Positions 9,085 through 18,809 are shown, counted from the first letter of the stretch. The stretch is DNA of 64,000 bases from an uncultured Enterobacteriaceae bacterium (GCA_964356325.1 CAYHHL010000006.1:6536-70535), one strand, 5' to 3'. Translations and numbers: made by a program. The notes: generated by a model not told the origin, from the sequence alone.

Positions 9085-11433
9085 CAGCTTGCCGGTCGCC
9101 GAGCGCGGCAGTTCAGGCACCAGCAGATAGCGGACCGGCCGACTGGGCGGCGGCACCTGCGCTGCCATGAAGTCATGCAGTTCAGCCACGCTCACCGGCG
9201 CCCGCACCACCACCACCGCCGCTGGCACTTGCCCCCAAATCGGGTGAGGCATGCCGACCACGATCGCTTCGGCCACCGCGGCATGGCGCAGCAGCGTCGT
9301 TTCGATGGGCTCGGGCGCCAGATTCTCGCCACCGCGAACGATGACGTTGTCTACGCGACCGTGAACATGCACCCGGCCATCGGCGTCGATCACACCGTGG
9401 TCGCCCGTCAGCAACGGCGAGGCACCGGCAAGCGGACCGGTCACCTGCAACCGCCCGTTCGGCAAGGTGGACACGGCGGCGAACGGCAGGGGCGGCAAGC
9501 CCGGGGCAGGATCGTCCGGAGCGGCGGTCGCTACCTGCGAGGCCGTTTCCGTCATGCCCCAAGTGCGCGCTACCGGCACGTGCAGCGCCCGGCAACGTGC
9601 AAGCAGCCCGGGCTCCGCGGGCGCGCCGCCGAGCAGAACCACCCGCAGTTCTTTCGGGAACGCGACACTTGCCCGCGTAGCCAGCACCCGCGCCAATTGG
9701 GTGGGCACCAGCGACACTGCCGTCGCGTCGCCCGCGTCGAGCGCCTGGGCCACGCGCGCTGCATCGAAGCGTTCGTGCAGCACCACGGTCGTTGCCAACC
9801 AGAGAGAACGCATCAGGATCGCCAGGCAGCCGACGTGGTGCAGCGGCAAGCAGGCCAGCCAGCGCTCGCCGGGATCGTGCCCCAGGCGAATGGCACTGCC
9901 GAACGTGCCGAACAGCCACTGCGCGGTCGTCAGCGCGACGAGCTTGGGGGAGCCGGTCGAACCCGAAGTCAGCACGTGCACGCGCACCTCGGTCAGCGCC
10001 CAGTCCTGTGCTGGATGGACAGGCAACCCGGACAACGCAGCCACGGTGGGCAGTTCACGCACGCGCCAGGGCCCCGCGGGCACAGCCAGCCCCGGTGCCA
10101 CCAGGACAATGTCGGGCTGGAGCAGCCGCAAAGCCACGGCCCGATCCGCCAGCGTAGCCCGGACGTCTAGCGGCGCCGCGACCGCGCCCAGCCAACCGAT
10201 GCCATGCAGGGCGACCACGAACGGAGCGGCGGCAGGCGCGAGCAGGGCAACGGTGTCGCGTCGATCGCGGTGAGGACCCGGACCGACGCCTTGCCGCGCG
10301 AGCCAGGTCGCTAGCTGCCCTGACAGATCAGCCAGTTGGCGAAAGTTCAGGGTCTCGTGAACATCGGCATGCAACGCGGCGTGGTGCGGGCGAGCCACGG
10401 CGGCAGCTGACAGCGGCTGGGGGATGGTCAGGCCAGCGACCGGCAGCGGCGACCGCCGGCTATGGCCAGGGGCAAGGCGGCGATCGAGACCGACGCCGAT
10501 CAGCGCGTGCGGCGGACAGGCACGGGCCACGGCGACCACGGCGGCCTCGGCGACCGGACCATCGAGGCAAGTCGTCACCACCACGCGCAATCCCGCCGCC
10601 GCCGCCGCGTGCGCGAGCGCTACGGTGCCGTGCAGGCTGCCCACCAGCATCGGCTTCAGCACCACGATGTCGGCGGCGCGCGCGGCCAGCACCGCGGCCA
10701 AGTCATTGCCATCACGGCAGGATTCATCCACTGCCAGCGCGATGCCGAGGCCGTGCTGGCTGGGCGCGCGGGTCCAGGAGCGCAGGGCGGCCAGGGCGGC
10801 GAGGTCGCGATCCCGCACCGGTTCCTCGAGCCACTCGATGCCATGTGGGGCAAAGGCGGTCAGAGCGGCTTGGGCTTCAGCCAGCGTCCAGGCTCCGTTG
10901 GCGTCCAGGCGCAGGCGCACGTCCGGGCCCACGGCCGATCGCACCGCGGCGACCCGCGCCACGTCGGCCTCAAGCGGCAGGCGGCCCACCTTGACCTTGA
11001 CCGCAGTGGCTCCGGCCGCGACGGCTGCGCGCGCCCCGGCGGCGTCGTCGACCAGCGCGTGCAGCGGCAGCGCGGCATCTTCGCGTCCACCCAAGAGGAC
11101 CGCGACACTGCGGCCGGTCCGTTGTGCCAGCAGTTCCAACAACGCCTGTTCGACGGCGTGCCCGGCGGCGGGCGGCAAGGCCAGACCGGCGACGAATTGC
11201 GCGATCTCACTGGGTTGTTCCGGCACGACGGACAAGGCGAGCTGCCGCAGGGCGAGCGCGGTGCCGCGATCGGATCGTGGCAGTGGCGCCGCTTCGCCCA
11301 CACCGGTGTGCTCGGCCTCGTCGGTCAGGCTCAGCGTCCAGCCCTGCCGCCGCGTGAGAACCGCGCGTGCGGTGTGGACGGGCGGCTGCAGGAAGCCGCG
11401 CCACGGCACCAGACCGATGGCGGTAATCCTCAT
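8761..11433 (-). CDS. menC-menE: In-frame fusion of o-succinylbenzoate synthase (MenC, enolase superfamily) and o-succinylbenzoate-CoA ligase (MenE, adenylate-forming)
   Basis: It starts [14 protein letters not shown]... (ATG at 11431-11433, overlapping the menA stop as ATGA). The MenC part includes ...LKPMLVGSL.... It continues without any stop into an ANL ligase (VLTSGSTGSPKLV ... WGMTETAS ... GDHGVIDADGRVHVHGRVDNVIVRGGENL ... SATGKLLR). The ORF then runs ~90 aa further, antisense to the thioesterase gene. The track ORF has a spurious 82-aa N-terminal extension. Confidence 0.7.
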   Translation of the reverse strand: MRITAIGLVPWRGFLQPPVHTARAVLTRRQGWTLSLTDEAEHTGVGEAAPLPRSDRGTALALRQLALSVVPEQPSEIAQFVAGLALPPAAGHAVEQALLELLAQRTGRSVAVLLGGREDAALPLHALVDDAAGARAAVAAGATAVKVKVGRLPLEADVARVAAVRSAVGPDVRLRLDANGAWTLAEAQAALTAFAPHGIEWLEEPVRDRDLAALAALRSWTRAPSQHGLGIALAVDESCRDGNDLAAVLAARAADIVVLKPMLVGSLHGTVALAHAAAAAGLRVVVTTCLDGPVAEAAVVAVARACPPHALIGVGLDRRLAPGHSRRSPLPVAGLTIPQPLSAAAVARPHHAALHADVHETLNFRQLADLSGQLATWLARQGVGPGPHRDRRDTVALLAPAAAPFVVALHGIGWLGAVAAPLDVRATLADRAVALRLLQPDIVLVAPGLAVPAGPWRVRELPTVAALSGLPVHPAQDWALTEVRVHVLTSGSTGSPKLVALTTAQWLFGTFGSAIRLGHDPGERWLACLPLHHVGCLAILMRSLWLATTVVLHERFDAARVAQALDAGDATAVSLVPTQLARVLATRASVAFPKELRVVLLGGAPAEPGLLARCRALHVPVARTWGMTETASQVATAAPDDPAPGLPPLPFAAVSTLPNGRLQVTGPLAGASPLLTGDHGVIDADGRVHVHGRVDNVIVRGGENLAPEPIETTLLRHAAVAEAIVVGMPHPIWGQVPAAVVVVRAPVSVAELHDFMAAQVPPPSRPVRYLLVPELPRSATGKLLRGRVRQWLQQAQAGQAAAQTVRDLARQESLQVDEGVDVAHLGVQHIILQATDLEHERDGPLAHAGDADCHCQPVAETHGRAKVGLGVDQGHAPTLAVEHVGHTGSG

Positions 11434-12377
11434 GACAGTACGCCTGTGAAGAGCAGCATTCCCACGGCCAGGAGCGCGCCGAACAGGGCTTCCAGGCGTG
11501 CGGTTCGCGCCAGCCACGGGTTCAGCGCCGCGCCGTCGGTCCGCCATAGGGCTCGGATGCAGACCGCCGCGACCGGCAGCGCCAGCCATGAGAGCAGCCA
11601 GCCCGGCCCGGCGCGGCCCGTGACCACGGCTAGAACTGGCGAGAGAAAAGCGAGAACGACCAAGCCCGTATACTCCCACCGAGCCGCCGTGGCGCCGAAG
11701 CGTACCGCGAGCGTCCGCTTGCCGGCTCGCGCGTCACCGCTGCGATCGCGAAGGTTGTTGACGACCAACACGCCTGTCGCCAGCGCGCCGATCGGAATCG
11801 AGGCCAGCAGACTGTTCACGGAGGCGTGACCAAGCTGCACGTACGCCGTGCCGCAGACCGCCACGGGGCCGAAGAACGTGAACACCAGGACGTCGCCGAG
11901 CCCCAGATAACCGAGTGGCCGCGGCCCGGCCGTGTAGCCGATGGCGGCTGTCACGCCGGCGAGACCGATCGCCACGACCGGCCAACCGGCGTGCCAGGTC
12001 AGCCACCCGCCTACTATCAACGCCAGCGTGAACGCCACTGCCGCGCCTTGCCACACTTGCCGCGCGGTCAGCCAACCCCGCTGCGTCGCACGGGCCGGGC
12101 CGAGACGTTCCGAGGTGTCGGCCCCGCGGGTGAAGTCTCCGGCATCATTGACGAAATTGCAGCCAATTTGTAGCAGCAGCGCGCCCGCCAACGCCGCCGC
12201 CGCAGGGCCTGCCGCGAAGCCGCCCTGCGCCGCGGCTACCGCTGACCCGACTACCACGGGCACCGCGCCCGCCGGCAGCGTCGCCGGTCGAGTCGCGGCG
12301 AGCCATACCGCCCAACTCGACGGTCGCGAGGCAGCAAACTCGGTCAAGGCGGCCTCCGGCACGTCGAAGTCCTTCAC
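11430..12377 (-). CDS. menA: 1,4-dihydroxy-2-naphthoate polyprenyltransferase (MenA, UbiA superfamily)
   Basis: A multi-TM UbiA-type sequence ([11 protein letters not shown]...). A GTG start at 12375-12377 overlaps the menB stop (GTGA). The track ORF is over-extended by ~99 aa. Confidence 0.85.
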   Translation of the reverse strand: MKDFDVPEAALTEFAASRPSSWAVWLAATRPATLPAGAVPVVVGSAVAAAQGGFAAGPAAAALAGALLLQIGCNFVNDAGDFTRGADTSERLGPARATQRGWLTARQVWQGAAVAFTLALIVGGWLTWHAGWPVVAIGLAGVTAAIGYTAGPRPLGYLGLGDVLVFTFFGPVAVCGTAYVQLGHASVNSLLASIPIGALATGVLVVNNLRDRSGDARAGKRTLAVRFGATAARWEYTGLVVLAFLSPVLAVVTGRAGPGWLLSWLALPVAAVCIRALWRTDGAALNPWLARTARLEALFGALLAVGMLLFTGVLS

Positions 12378-13240
12378 GGCAAACGCGGAAAGCGCTTGAA
12401 GTCCGGCTTGCGCTTTTCCACGAACGCATCGCGACCTTCCTGGGCCTCCTGGCTCATGTAGAACAAAAGTGTGGCATTGCCAGCGAGTTCCTGGATTCCG
12501 GTTTGCCCATCGCAGTCCGCGTTCAGCGCCGACTTCAGGCAACGTAGCGCCAGCGGCGAGTGCGCCAACATTTCGCGGCACCACTGCACGGTCGTCGCTT
12601 CGAGGTCCGCTTGCGGCACCACGGTATTGACGAGACCCATCTGCAGCGCCTCGGCCGCCGAGTACTGCCGGCACAAGAACCAGATTTCTCTCGCCTTCTT
12701 CTGGCCGACGATGCGCGCCAGGTAGCCCGCGCCGAAACCGCCGTCGAAGCTGCCGACCTTGGGTCCCGTCTGACCGAAGATCGCGTTGTCACTGGCAATC
12801 GTCAGGTCGCACACGAGGTGCAGCACGTGGCCGCCGCCGATCGCGTAGCCGTTGACCATGGCTACGACCGGCTTGGGCAGCGTGCGGATGAACCTTTGCA
12901 GTTCCAGTACGTTCAAGCGTGGTACACCGTCGGCGCCGACATAGCCGGCCTCGCCGCGCACGGTCTGATCACCACCAGAGCAAAAGGCCTTGTCACCCTG
13001 GCCGGTCAACACCACGACGCCAATCTGCGGATCTTCCTTGGCGTCCAGGAATGCCGCGCTCAGGTCGAACAAGGTCTGCGGCCGGAACGCGTTGTGCACG
13101 TGCGGCCGAGCGATGGTGATGCGGGCAATGCCCTCGGCCTTGTCGTAGGTGATGTCTTCGAAGTCACGGACTTTTTGCCAGTCCAGCGTAGGCGCCGGCG
13201 ACTCCGTTGGCTTCGGTAAGTTCTGCGTATCCTGACCCAT
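12374..13240 (-). CDS. menB: 1,4-dihydroxy-2-naphthoyl-CoA synthase (MenB, crotonase fold)
   Basis: MGQDTQNL... [26 protein letters not shown] ... [18 protein letters not shown] ... is a MenB signature. The ATG at 13238-13240 is preceded by a GGAGGG Shine-Dalgarno. The track ORF is over-extended by ~98 aa. Confidence 0.9.
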   Translation of the reverse strand: MGQDTQNLPKPTESPAPTLDWQKVRDFEDITYDKAEGIARITIARPHVHNAFRPQTLFDLSAAFLDAKEDPQIGVVVLTGQGDKAFCSGGDQTVRGEAGYVGADGVPRLNVLELQRFIRTLPKPVVAMVNGYAIGGGHVLHLVCDLTIASDNAIFGQTGPKVGSFDGGFGAGYLARIVGQKKAREIWFLCRQYSAAEALQMGLVNTVVPQADLEATTVQWCREMLAHSPLALRCLKSALNADCDGQTGIQELAGNATLLFYMSQEAQEGRDAFVEKRKPDFKRFPRLP

Positions 13241-13360
13241 CGTGTCGCCCTCCGTTTCTACAAGCCTACGCCGCGCCGAATCGATGTTCAAGATGTCGTG
13301 AACAACATTTGTGGCTTGCAGCGGGCTTGCAACCGGCGCGAGATCCGGCACGATGGCCGC

Positions 13361-13948
13361 ATGTCCAGCTTGCCCACCCAGCCGAACTCGTCTGAATTCG
13401 CCCGTCGGCGCCTCGATCGACTCGTGCTCCAAGTGTGTGAAAGCGTAGGCGCTTTCATCGAATGGTGGGGCTTCAAGGCGATCCACGGTCGGGTGTGGAC
13501 GCTGCTGGCCCTGCACCGCGAACCGCTGTCGCAAGCCGAAATCGCGCGCCAGCTGGGCGTGTCGCGGGCGCTACTGAGTTCAGCGATTCATGAACTGCAG
13601 GATTTTGGCCTGGTCAGACCGCTGGACGCAGGCCGCAATTCACCTTGGCAAGCGGTGCTGGACGTGTGGCCGGTCATCGGCAAAGTGCTGCGCCACCGCG
13701 AGTGGGCCATGGTCCAGGTCACGAAGGCGGCGCTCGAGGCGGCCATCGAGGAAGCCGATCTGGCCGAGGCCAGCGGGGAAGTGGTTGCGTACGATGTCCG
13801 GCGGATGCGCATGCTGTTGGCGCTGACCGAGACCGCGCACGTGACGTTGCGCCTGTTGGTGGCCCTGCGTGTACATAAGTCTATGGAATATCTGGGTGAG
13901 TCCCTGGGTCGGGCCTCGACGATCCTGCGGGTGTTGCGGCTGAAGTAG
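13361..13948 (+). CDS. Winged-helix transcriptional regulator (MarR/GbsR-like), divergent from the men operon
   Basis: [51 protein letters not shown] matches the GbsR/MarR HTH pattern. The start could be as early as 13298. Confidence 0.6.
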   Translation: MSSLPTQPNSSEFARRRLDRLVLQVCESVGAFIEWWGFKAIHGRVWTLLALHREPLSQAEIARQLGVSRALLSSAIHELQDFGLVRPLDAGRNSPWQAVLDVWPVIGKVLRHREWAMVQVTKAALEAAIEEADLAEASGEVVAYDVRRMRMLLALTETAHVTLRLLVALRVHKSMEYLGESLGRASTILRVLRLK

Positions 13949-14075
13949 CATCCGCGGCGCTGGCTTGGGTGGCACGTTGGTGAAAATGCCGAGCCGCTGC
14001 GGTCCGGATCGCCGAGTACGGGTCACAGCCGTCGCGAGCAGTGGTAAGCTGCGCGAAGGCGGGGAGGGCGGGGCG

Positions 14076-15569
14076 GTGGACGTTCAACTGACGATCGACG
14101 GAAGGGTGCTGGACGCGCAAACCGGCGAGACCGTGCTGGAAGTTGCGGCCCGTCACGCGATTTACATCCCGACGCTGTGCCACTTCAAGGGCCTGTCGCC
14201 GCTGGACACGTGCCTGGTGTGCGTGGTCGAGCTGGCCGGCCAGGACGCCCTGGTGCCAGCGTGCGCGACACCTGTGGCGCTGGGCATGAACGTGACCGTG
14301 ACTTCGGATCGCCTGCAGGCGGCACGGCGCGGCGCGGTCGAGCTGCTGCTATCCGAACACCGCGGCGAGTGCCTTGCCCCGTGTGAAATCGCCTGTCCGG
14401 CCGGTTTGGACATTCCTGGCTTTCTGCAAGCGCTGCCAGTGGATGCCAAGGCAGCGGCGGCGCTGGCGGTGCGCGGTCTCGCCCTGCCGGCGACGCTGGG
14501 CTGGATCTGCGACGCGCCGTGCCAGCGCGCCTGTCGCCGCGGCGAGATCGACAGCACGATCGACATCCGTGCGCTGCACCTGGGCACGGCTACGCGCGAA
14601 GTGTTCTCTGACCTGGACGCCGATCCGCGCGCGCCGGCTACGGGCAAGCGGGTGGCCGTCGTCGGCAGTGGTCCGGCGGGGCTCGCGGCGGCGCTGCGGA
14701 CCTTGCTGCACGGCCACGCGTGCACGCTGTACGAACAGGAGCTGGAACTCGGCGGCACGCTGCGGGCGTCGAGCGAAAGCGTCTTGCCTGCCGCGGTGTT
14801 GGCAACCGATCTCGCGGTCCTGCAACGCCTGGGGCTGCACGTGCAGACCGGCGTGCGCTTGGGTCGCGAGCTGGAGTGGGCCGACCTGCTGGCGAGCTTC
14901 GACGCGGTGGTGCTGGCGACCGGCGACGCTTCGGACCTGCCGGCGCTCGCCGATCCGCGCACGGTGCGAGCGGGTGCCGCGGCCGGTCGCGCGGGAAAGG
15001 CCGTTCGCGTGGTGGCAGACGGTCTTGCCGCCGCCGACGCCATCGATCGCCTGCTGATGGCCAAGCCGGCGCCGCCCGCGCGCATCCGGGTGCGTTACGG
15101 TGAACTGGACCAGGCTGAGCGCACATTCCTGTATCGCAACGCGGATCCGGGACCGGCAAGCGTTGTGGCCGATGCGGCAGAGGCGGCGCGGCAGGAGGCC
15201 CTGCGTTGTCTTGCCTGCGGTTGCGCGGAGCACGACACTTGTGCCTTGCGCTTGGTGGCCGGCGCGCTGGCAGCGGTGCCCAAGCGCTTCGAGGGGGCGC
15301 ACCGTCCCATGGCCCGCGACGACTCCCACGCGGATCTCGTTTACGAATCGCACAAGTGCATCCTGTGCCAGGCGTGCGTGCGCCTCGCCGAGCCCAGCGC
15401 CGCGTATCCCGGCCTGACGATCGCGGGTCGTGGCTTTGCCTGCCGCGTGGTGGCGCCCTTGGACCAACCGCTGGCGACTGCCCTGGACTCCGCCACCGCG
15501 CTGCGCATCGCGGCTGCCTGCCCGACCAACGCGATGCGCGAGAAGTCGTCGTTCGAACGCAAGCGCTGA
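14076..15569 (+). CDS. Fe-S cluster-binding FAD/NAD(P) oxidoreductase (N-terminal 2Fe-2S ferredoxin, NuoG-like; GltD-like dinucleotide domain; C-terminal Cys clusters)
   Basis: LTIDGRVLDAQTGETVLEVAARHAIYIPTLCH...CLVCVVEL is a 2Fe-2S ferredoxin domain. CLAPCEIACPAG is a Cys cluster. KRVAVVGSGPAGLAAA is a GxGxxG motif. CLACGCAEHDTC and CILCQAC are further C-terminal Cys clusters. The GTG at 14076 has an upstream GGAGGG; an alternative ATG lies at 13986. Confidence 0.65.
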   Translation: MDVQLTIDGRVLDAQTGETVLEVAARHAIYIPTLCHFKGLSPLDTCLVCVVELAGQDALVPACATPVALGMNVTVTSDRLQAARRGAVELLLSEHRGECLAPCEIACPAGLDIPGFLQALPVDAKAAAALAVRGLALPATLGWICDAPCQRACRRGEIDSTIDIRALHLGTATREVFSDLDADPRAPATGKRVAVVGSGPAGLAAALRTLLHGHACTLYEQELELGGTLRASSESVLPAAVLATDLAVLQRLGLHVQTGVRLGRELEWADLLASFDAVVLATGDASDLPALADPRTVRAGAAAGRAGKAVRVVADGLAAADAIDRLLMAKPAPPARIRVRYGELDQAERTFLYRNADPGPASVVADAAEAARQEALRCLACGCAEHDTCALRLVAGALAAVPKRFEGAHRPMARDDSHADLVYESHKCILCQACVRLAEPSAAYPGLTIAGRGFACRVVAPLDQPLATALDSATALRIAAACPTNAMREKSSFERKR

Positions 15570-15571
15570 CC

Positions 15572-16150
15572 ATGACACTGGAAATGACGGGGCAAGACAT
15601 GGACGGAAGCGGGAATCAGACCGATGCGCCGATGCAGCGTGTGTCCAGCCGTTTGGTGCACAAGACGCCCTGGCTCGGCGTGCGCGAGGATCAGGTGCGC
15701 ATGGCCGACGGTCGCCAAAGTGCCTACACGGTCATCGAATGCGGCCATTGCGTGGGCGTGCTGCCGCTGCTCGAGGACGGTACCGTGCTGATGGTGCGCC
15801 AGTACCGTTACGTCGCGGGGTGTTACACGTGGGAGATGCCGACGGGAGGCGTGCGCCCGGGCGAGTCGTTCACTGACGCGGCGCAGCGTGAATTGGCCGA
15901 AGAGGCAGGGCACCGCGCCGGGACGCTGATTCCGTTGTCGGTCTACCACACCAGCAAGAGTTCCATCGACGAGACCGCGCACCTCTACCTCGGCCGTGAC
16001 CTGGTGCCGGCGAGCGCGACCGCGGACGAGGACGAGCAGATCGACGTGACGGCGATGCCTCTGGCGCGCGTGCTGCGGATGGTGCTGGATGGCGAGATCA
16101 CCGATAGCATGACCATCATTGCCGTGCTGCACGCCGTGCGCCTTGCCTGA
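15572..16150 (+). CDS. NUDIX hydrolase (ADP-ribose pyrophosphatase-like)
   Basis: The Nudix box GGVRPGESFTDAAQRELAEEAG is present. The start is 2 nt after the upstream stop. Confidence 0.8.
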   Translation: MTLEMTGQDMDGSGNQTDAPMQRVSSRLVHKTPWLGVREDQVRMADGRQSAYTVIECGHCVGVLPLLEDGTVLMVRQYRYVAGCYTWEMPTGGVRPGESFTDAAQRELAEEAGHRAGTLIPLSVYHTSKSSIDETAHLYLGRDLVPASATADEDEQIDVTAMPLARVLRMVLDGEITDSMTIIAVLHAVRLA

Positions 16151-16229
16151 ACGCGCTGGGCGCAGGCGCATTGTCAGGTGGCTCGCAAAGGGTTACTACC
16201 GGGCGTCAGCCGTTGCCCGGAGGTGCGCA

Positions 16230-17852
16230 GTGTCCAAGCCCGCCCAAGCTGAATTCGACTGCGATGTCCTGGTCATCGGCTCGGGCTTCGGCGGCGCCGT
16301 GTCCGCACTGCGCTTGTCCGAGAAGGGCTACGCGGTCCTGTTGGTCGAGCGCGGCAAGCGCTGGCCGGAAGGCTCCTTCCCCAAGACCAACTGGAACGTA
16401 CGCAAGTCCATGTGGGCGCCCGCGATCGGCTGTCACGGCATCCTGAACTTGTCACTGTTGGACGACGTTTTCGCCCTGTCCGGCAGCGGCGTGGGCGGCG
16501 GCAGCCTGGTGTACGCCAACACGCTGTTGGTGCCGCCCAGGCCGTTCTTCGTCGATCCGCAGTGGGCGGGCATGTGCGACTGGCAAACCGAGCTGGCGCC
16601 GCACTACCGCACCGCCCAGCGCATGCTCGGGGCCGTGCCTAATCCGGTGCTGGGGCCGGCTGATCAGGTGCTGCGTGAAGTGGCCGAGGAAATGGGCTGC
16701 GGCGATCGCGTGAAGGTCACCGACGTCGGCGTGTTCTTCGGCACTCCGGGCGAAACCGCGGCCGATCCCTACTTCGGCGGTGTAGGCCCCGACCGCAAGG
16801 GCTGCATCCGCTGCGGCGCGTGCATGACCGGCTGCAAGCACAACGCCAAGAATACGCTGGACAAGAACTACCTGTATCTCGCGGAAAAACGCGGCGCACG
16901 CATCCAGCCCGAGCGCGAAGCCGTCGCCATACGTTGCATCGGCGGCCCCGATCGGCGCGGCGCGGACGGCTACGAAGTCGTGCTGCGACCGTCCTTGGGC
17001 CCCTGGCCGCGCTTGTTCGGCGCCAGGCAGACCGTGCGCGCGCGTCAGGTCGTGTGCGCGGCGGGCGTGCTCGGCACCTTGCCTTTGCTGATGCGCAGCC
17101 GTGATCAGGGCCACTTGCCGCACTTGCCGGCCACGCTCGGCGACAAGTTGCGCACCAACAGCGAGGCGATCGTCGGCGCCATCGCTCACGGCGGTGCGGT
17201 CGACTACTCCAAGGGCGTGGCGATCACCAGCGGCGCCCACTTCGACGACCACACGCACATCGAGGTGGTCCGCTACGGTGAGGGCCAGGACGCGCTCAGC
17301 TTGCTGGGGACCCTGCTGACCGACGGCGGGGGCAAGATGCCGCGTGCGATTCGCTGGTTGGGCACTTGCTTGCGCCATCCGTTGACCTGGGCGCGCAACC
17401 TCTGGCCGTTCGGTTGGGCCAAGCACGGCATCATCCTGCTGGTGATGCAGACCTTGGACAACAGCTTGCGGGCGACCTGGCGCGGTGGACGTTTCAGCCC
17501 TTGGCGCAAGACCTTGCGCACGGAGTTGCCTCCCGGTGGCGCCGCCAACCCGACCTACATCCCGCTGGGCAACGAGGTGGCACGTCGCGTCGCCCAGAAG
17601 ATCCAGGGCCACGCCATGAGTTCGATCAACGAGGTGCTGTTCAACGTCCCGACCACCGCGCACATCCTCGGCGGCTGCGCTATCGGCCCCGAAGGCAGTG
17701 GCGTCATCGACGGCGGCAGTCGCGTGTACGGCTACCAGGGCCTGTATGTGTGCGATGGTTCGATGATGCCGGCGAACCTGGGGGTGAATCCGAGCCTGAC
17801 GATTACCGCGCTGACTGAGCATGCGATGGCGCAGGTGCCGGTCAAGGGTTGA
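16230..17852 (+). CDS. GMC-family FAD oxidoreductase (cholesterol oxidase-like)
   Basis: DVLVIGSGFGGAVSALRLSEKG is an FAD-binding GxGxxG motif. ILGGCAIG ... GLYVCDGSMMPANLGVNPSLTITALTEHA is the GMC C-terminal signature. A GTG start at 16230 follows a GGAGG Shine-Dalgarno. Confidence 0.8.
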   Translation: MSKPAQAEFDCDVLVIGSGFGGAVSALRLSEKGYAVLLVERGKRWPEGSFPKTNWNVRKSMWAPAIGCHGILNLSLLDDVFALSGSGVGGGSLVYANTLLVPPRPFFVDPQWAGMCDWQTELAPHYRTAQRMLGAVPNPVLGPADQVLREVAEEMGCGDRVKVTDVGVFFGTPGETAADPYFGGVGPDRKGCIRCGACMTGCKHNAKNTLDKNYLYLAEKRGARIQPEREAVAIRCIGGPDRRGADGYEVVLRPSLGPWPRLFGARQTVRARQVVCAAGVLGTLPLLMRSRDQGHLPHLPATLGDKLRTNSEAIVGAIAHGGAVDYSKGVAITSGAHFDDHTHIEVVRYGEGQDALSLLGTLLTDGGGKMPRAIRWLGTCLRHPLTWARNLWPFGWAKHGIILLVMQTLDNSLRATWRGGRFSPWRKTLRTELPPGGAANPTYIPLGNEVARRVAQKIQGHAMSSINEVLFNVPTTAHILGGCAIGPEGSGVIDGGSRVYGYQGLYVCDGSMMPANLGVNPSLTITALTEHAMAQVPVKG

Positions 17853-18004
17853 GGCGGTTGTCAGGCGCCGTTGCAACCCCAAGGAGTATCATGCAGGATC
17901 CGTACGGCCACCGCTGGTCCATGTCGTCCGAGCATAGCGACAAGAAGCCTGTCACCGAGAGCGACGAGTATCGCAAGCGTGCGGAGACGCGGTACCCGAC
18001 TTAG

Positions 18005-18132
<128 letters not shown>

Positions 18133-18302
18133 GATCGGCTTGCATAGGCGGCGGGGGCACTGCCACCCGGCGGGGCCGCCAACCCGACGCATTGCACATC
18201 AGCGTCGAACCGCGACGTCCTCCAACACATAGCAGCCATGTCACCGTCGCCGAATCGATCCCCGCCCCGCTGGGTTACGAACACCTCTGCGGACGGCGCG
18301 AC

Positions 18303-18521
18303 CTAAAGATCCTCCGGTCGCAACCCCGTGTTCCGGGCGAGCCGCGCCATCATCTTCGGCCCGATCTCCTCACCGTCGTGGAAGGCCCACACAACGTCCA
18401 GCCAGGCTTCCCGCCGCAGAATCTGGTGCGAGCCACCGCCACGACCTTCGACGCGCGCCCATCCCAGACGCAGCAGCGCCGCCAAGACGCGTTTCGCCTT
18501 GCACGCTGGCCAGACACTCAT
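18303..18521 (-). CDS. hicA: HicA-family toxin (mRNA interferase)
   Basis: KAKRVLAALLRLGWARVEGRGGGSHQILRREAWLDVVWAFHDGEEIGPKMMARLARNTGL matches the HicA pattern (GSH...H..EIG). Its ATG overlaps the hicB stop (ATGA). Confidence 0.75.
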   Translation of the reverse strand: MSVWPACKAKRVLAALLRLGWARVEGRGGGSHQILRREAWLDVVWAFHDGEEIGPKMMARLARNTGLRPEDL

Positions 18522-18730
18522 GCAGCACGCTTGGCCAGGGAGAATGTCACAGACGTCAGGCGCGCGGAGTGTTCGTGCTCGAGCCGATCCGCCATCACGC
18601 GCAGTGCCAGCGCCTGCACCTGCGCTATCGCGGCCGCGCGCGTTGTGCCGTAGACCAGAACGCCAGCCAACTCTGGGATCTCGGCGATCCAGCGGCCGTC
18701 TTCCTCGCGTTCCAACTCTATGTGCAGCAT
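18518..18730 (-). CDS. hicB: HicB-family antitoxin (UPF0150-like)
   Basis: MLHIELEREEDGRWIAEIPELAGVLVYGTTRAAAIAQVQALALRVMADRLEHE fits the HicB N-terminal fold. A start at M25 of the track ORF (18730) is assumed. Confidence 0.65.
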   Translation of the reverse strand: MLHIELEREEDGRWIAEIPELAGVLVYGTTRAAAIAQVQALALRVMADRLEHEHSARLTSVTFSLAKRAA

Positions 18731-18809
18731 GTTGCCTCCAGAACGCCTGGGATGATCATGTGGACGCGGGTGCCGGGTGTCAACACCCACATGCATCCGC
18801 ATGGCCGAA

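Noticed and set aside
1919-13240. Possibility that the locus encodes the futalosine (mqn) menaquinone route
   Set aside because: MenF, MenD, MenH, MenC, MenE, MenB and MenA signatures are all present. That is the classical isochorismate pathway.
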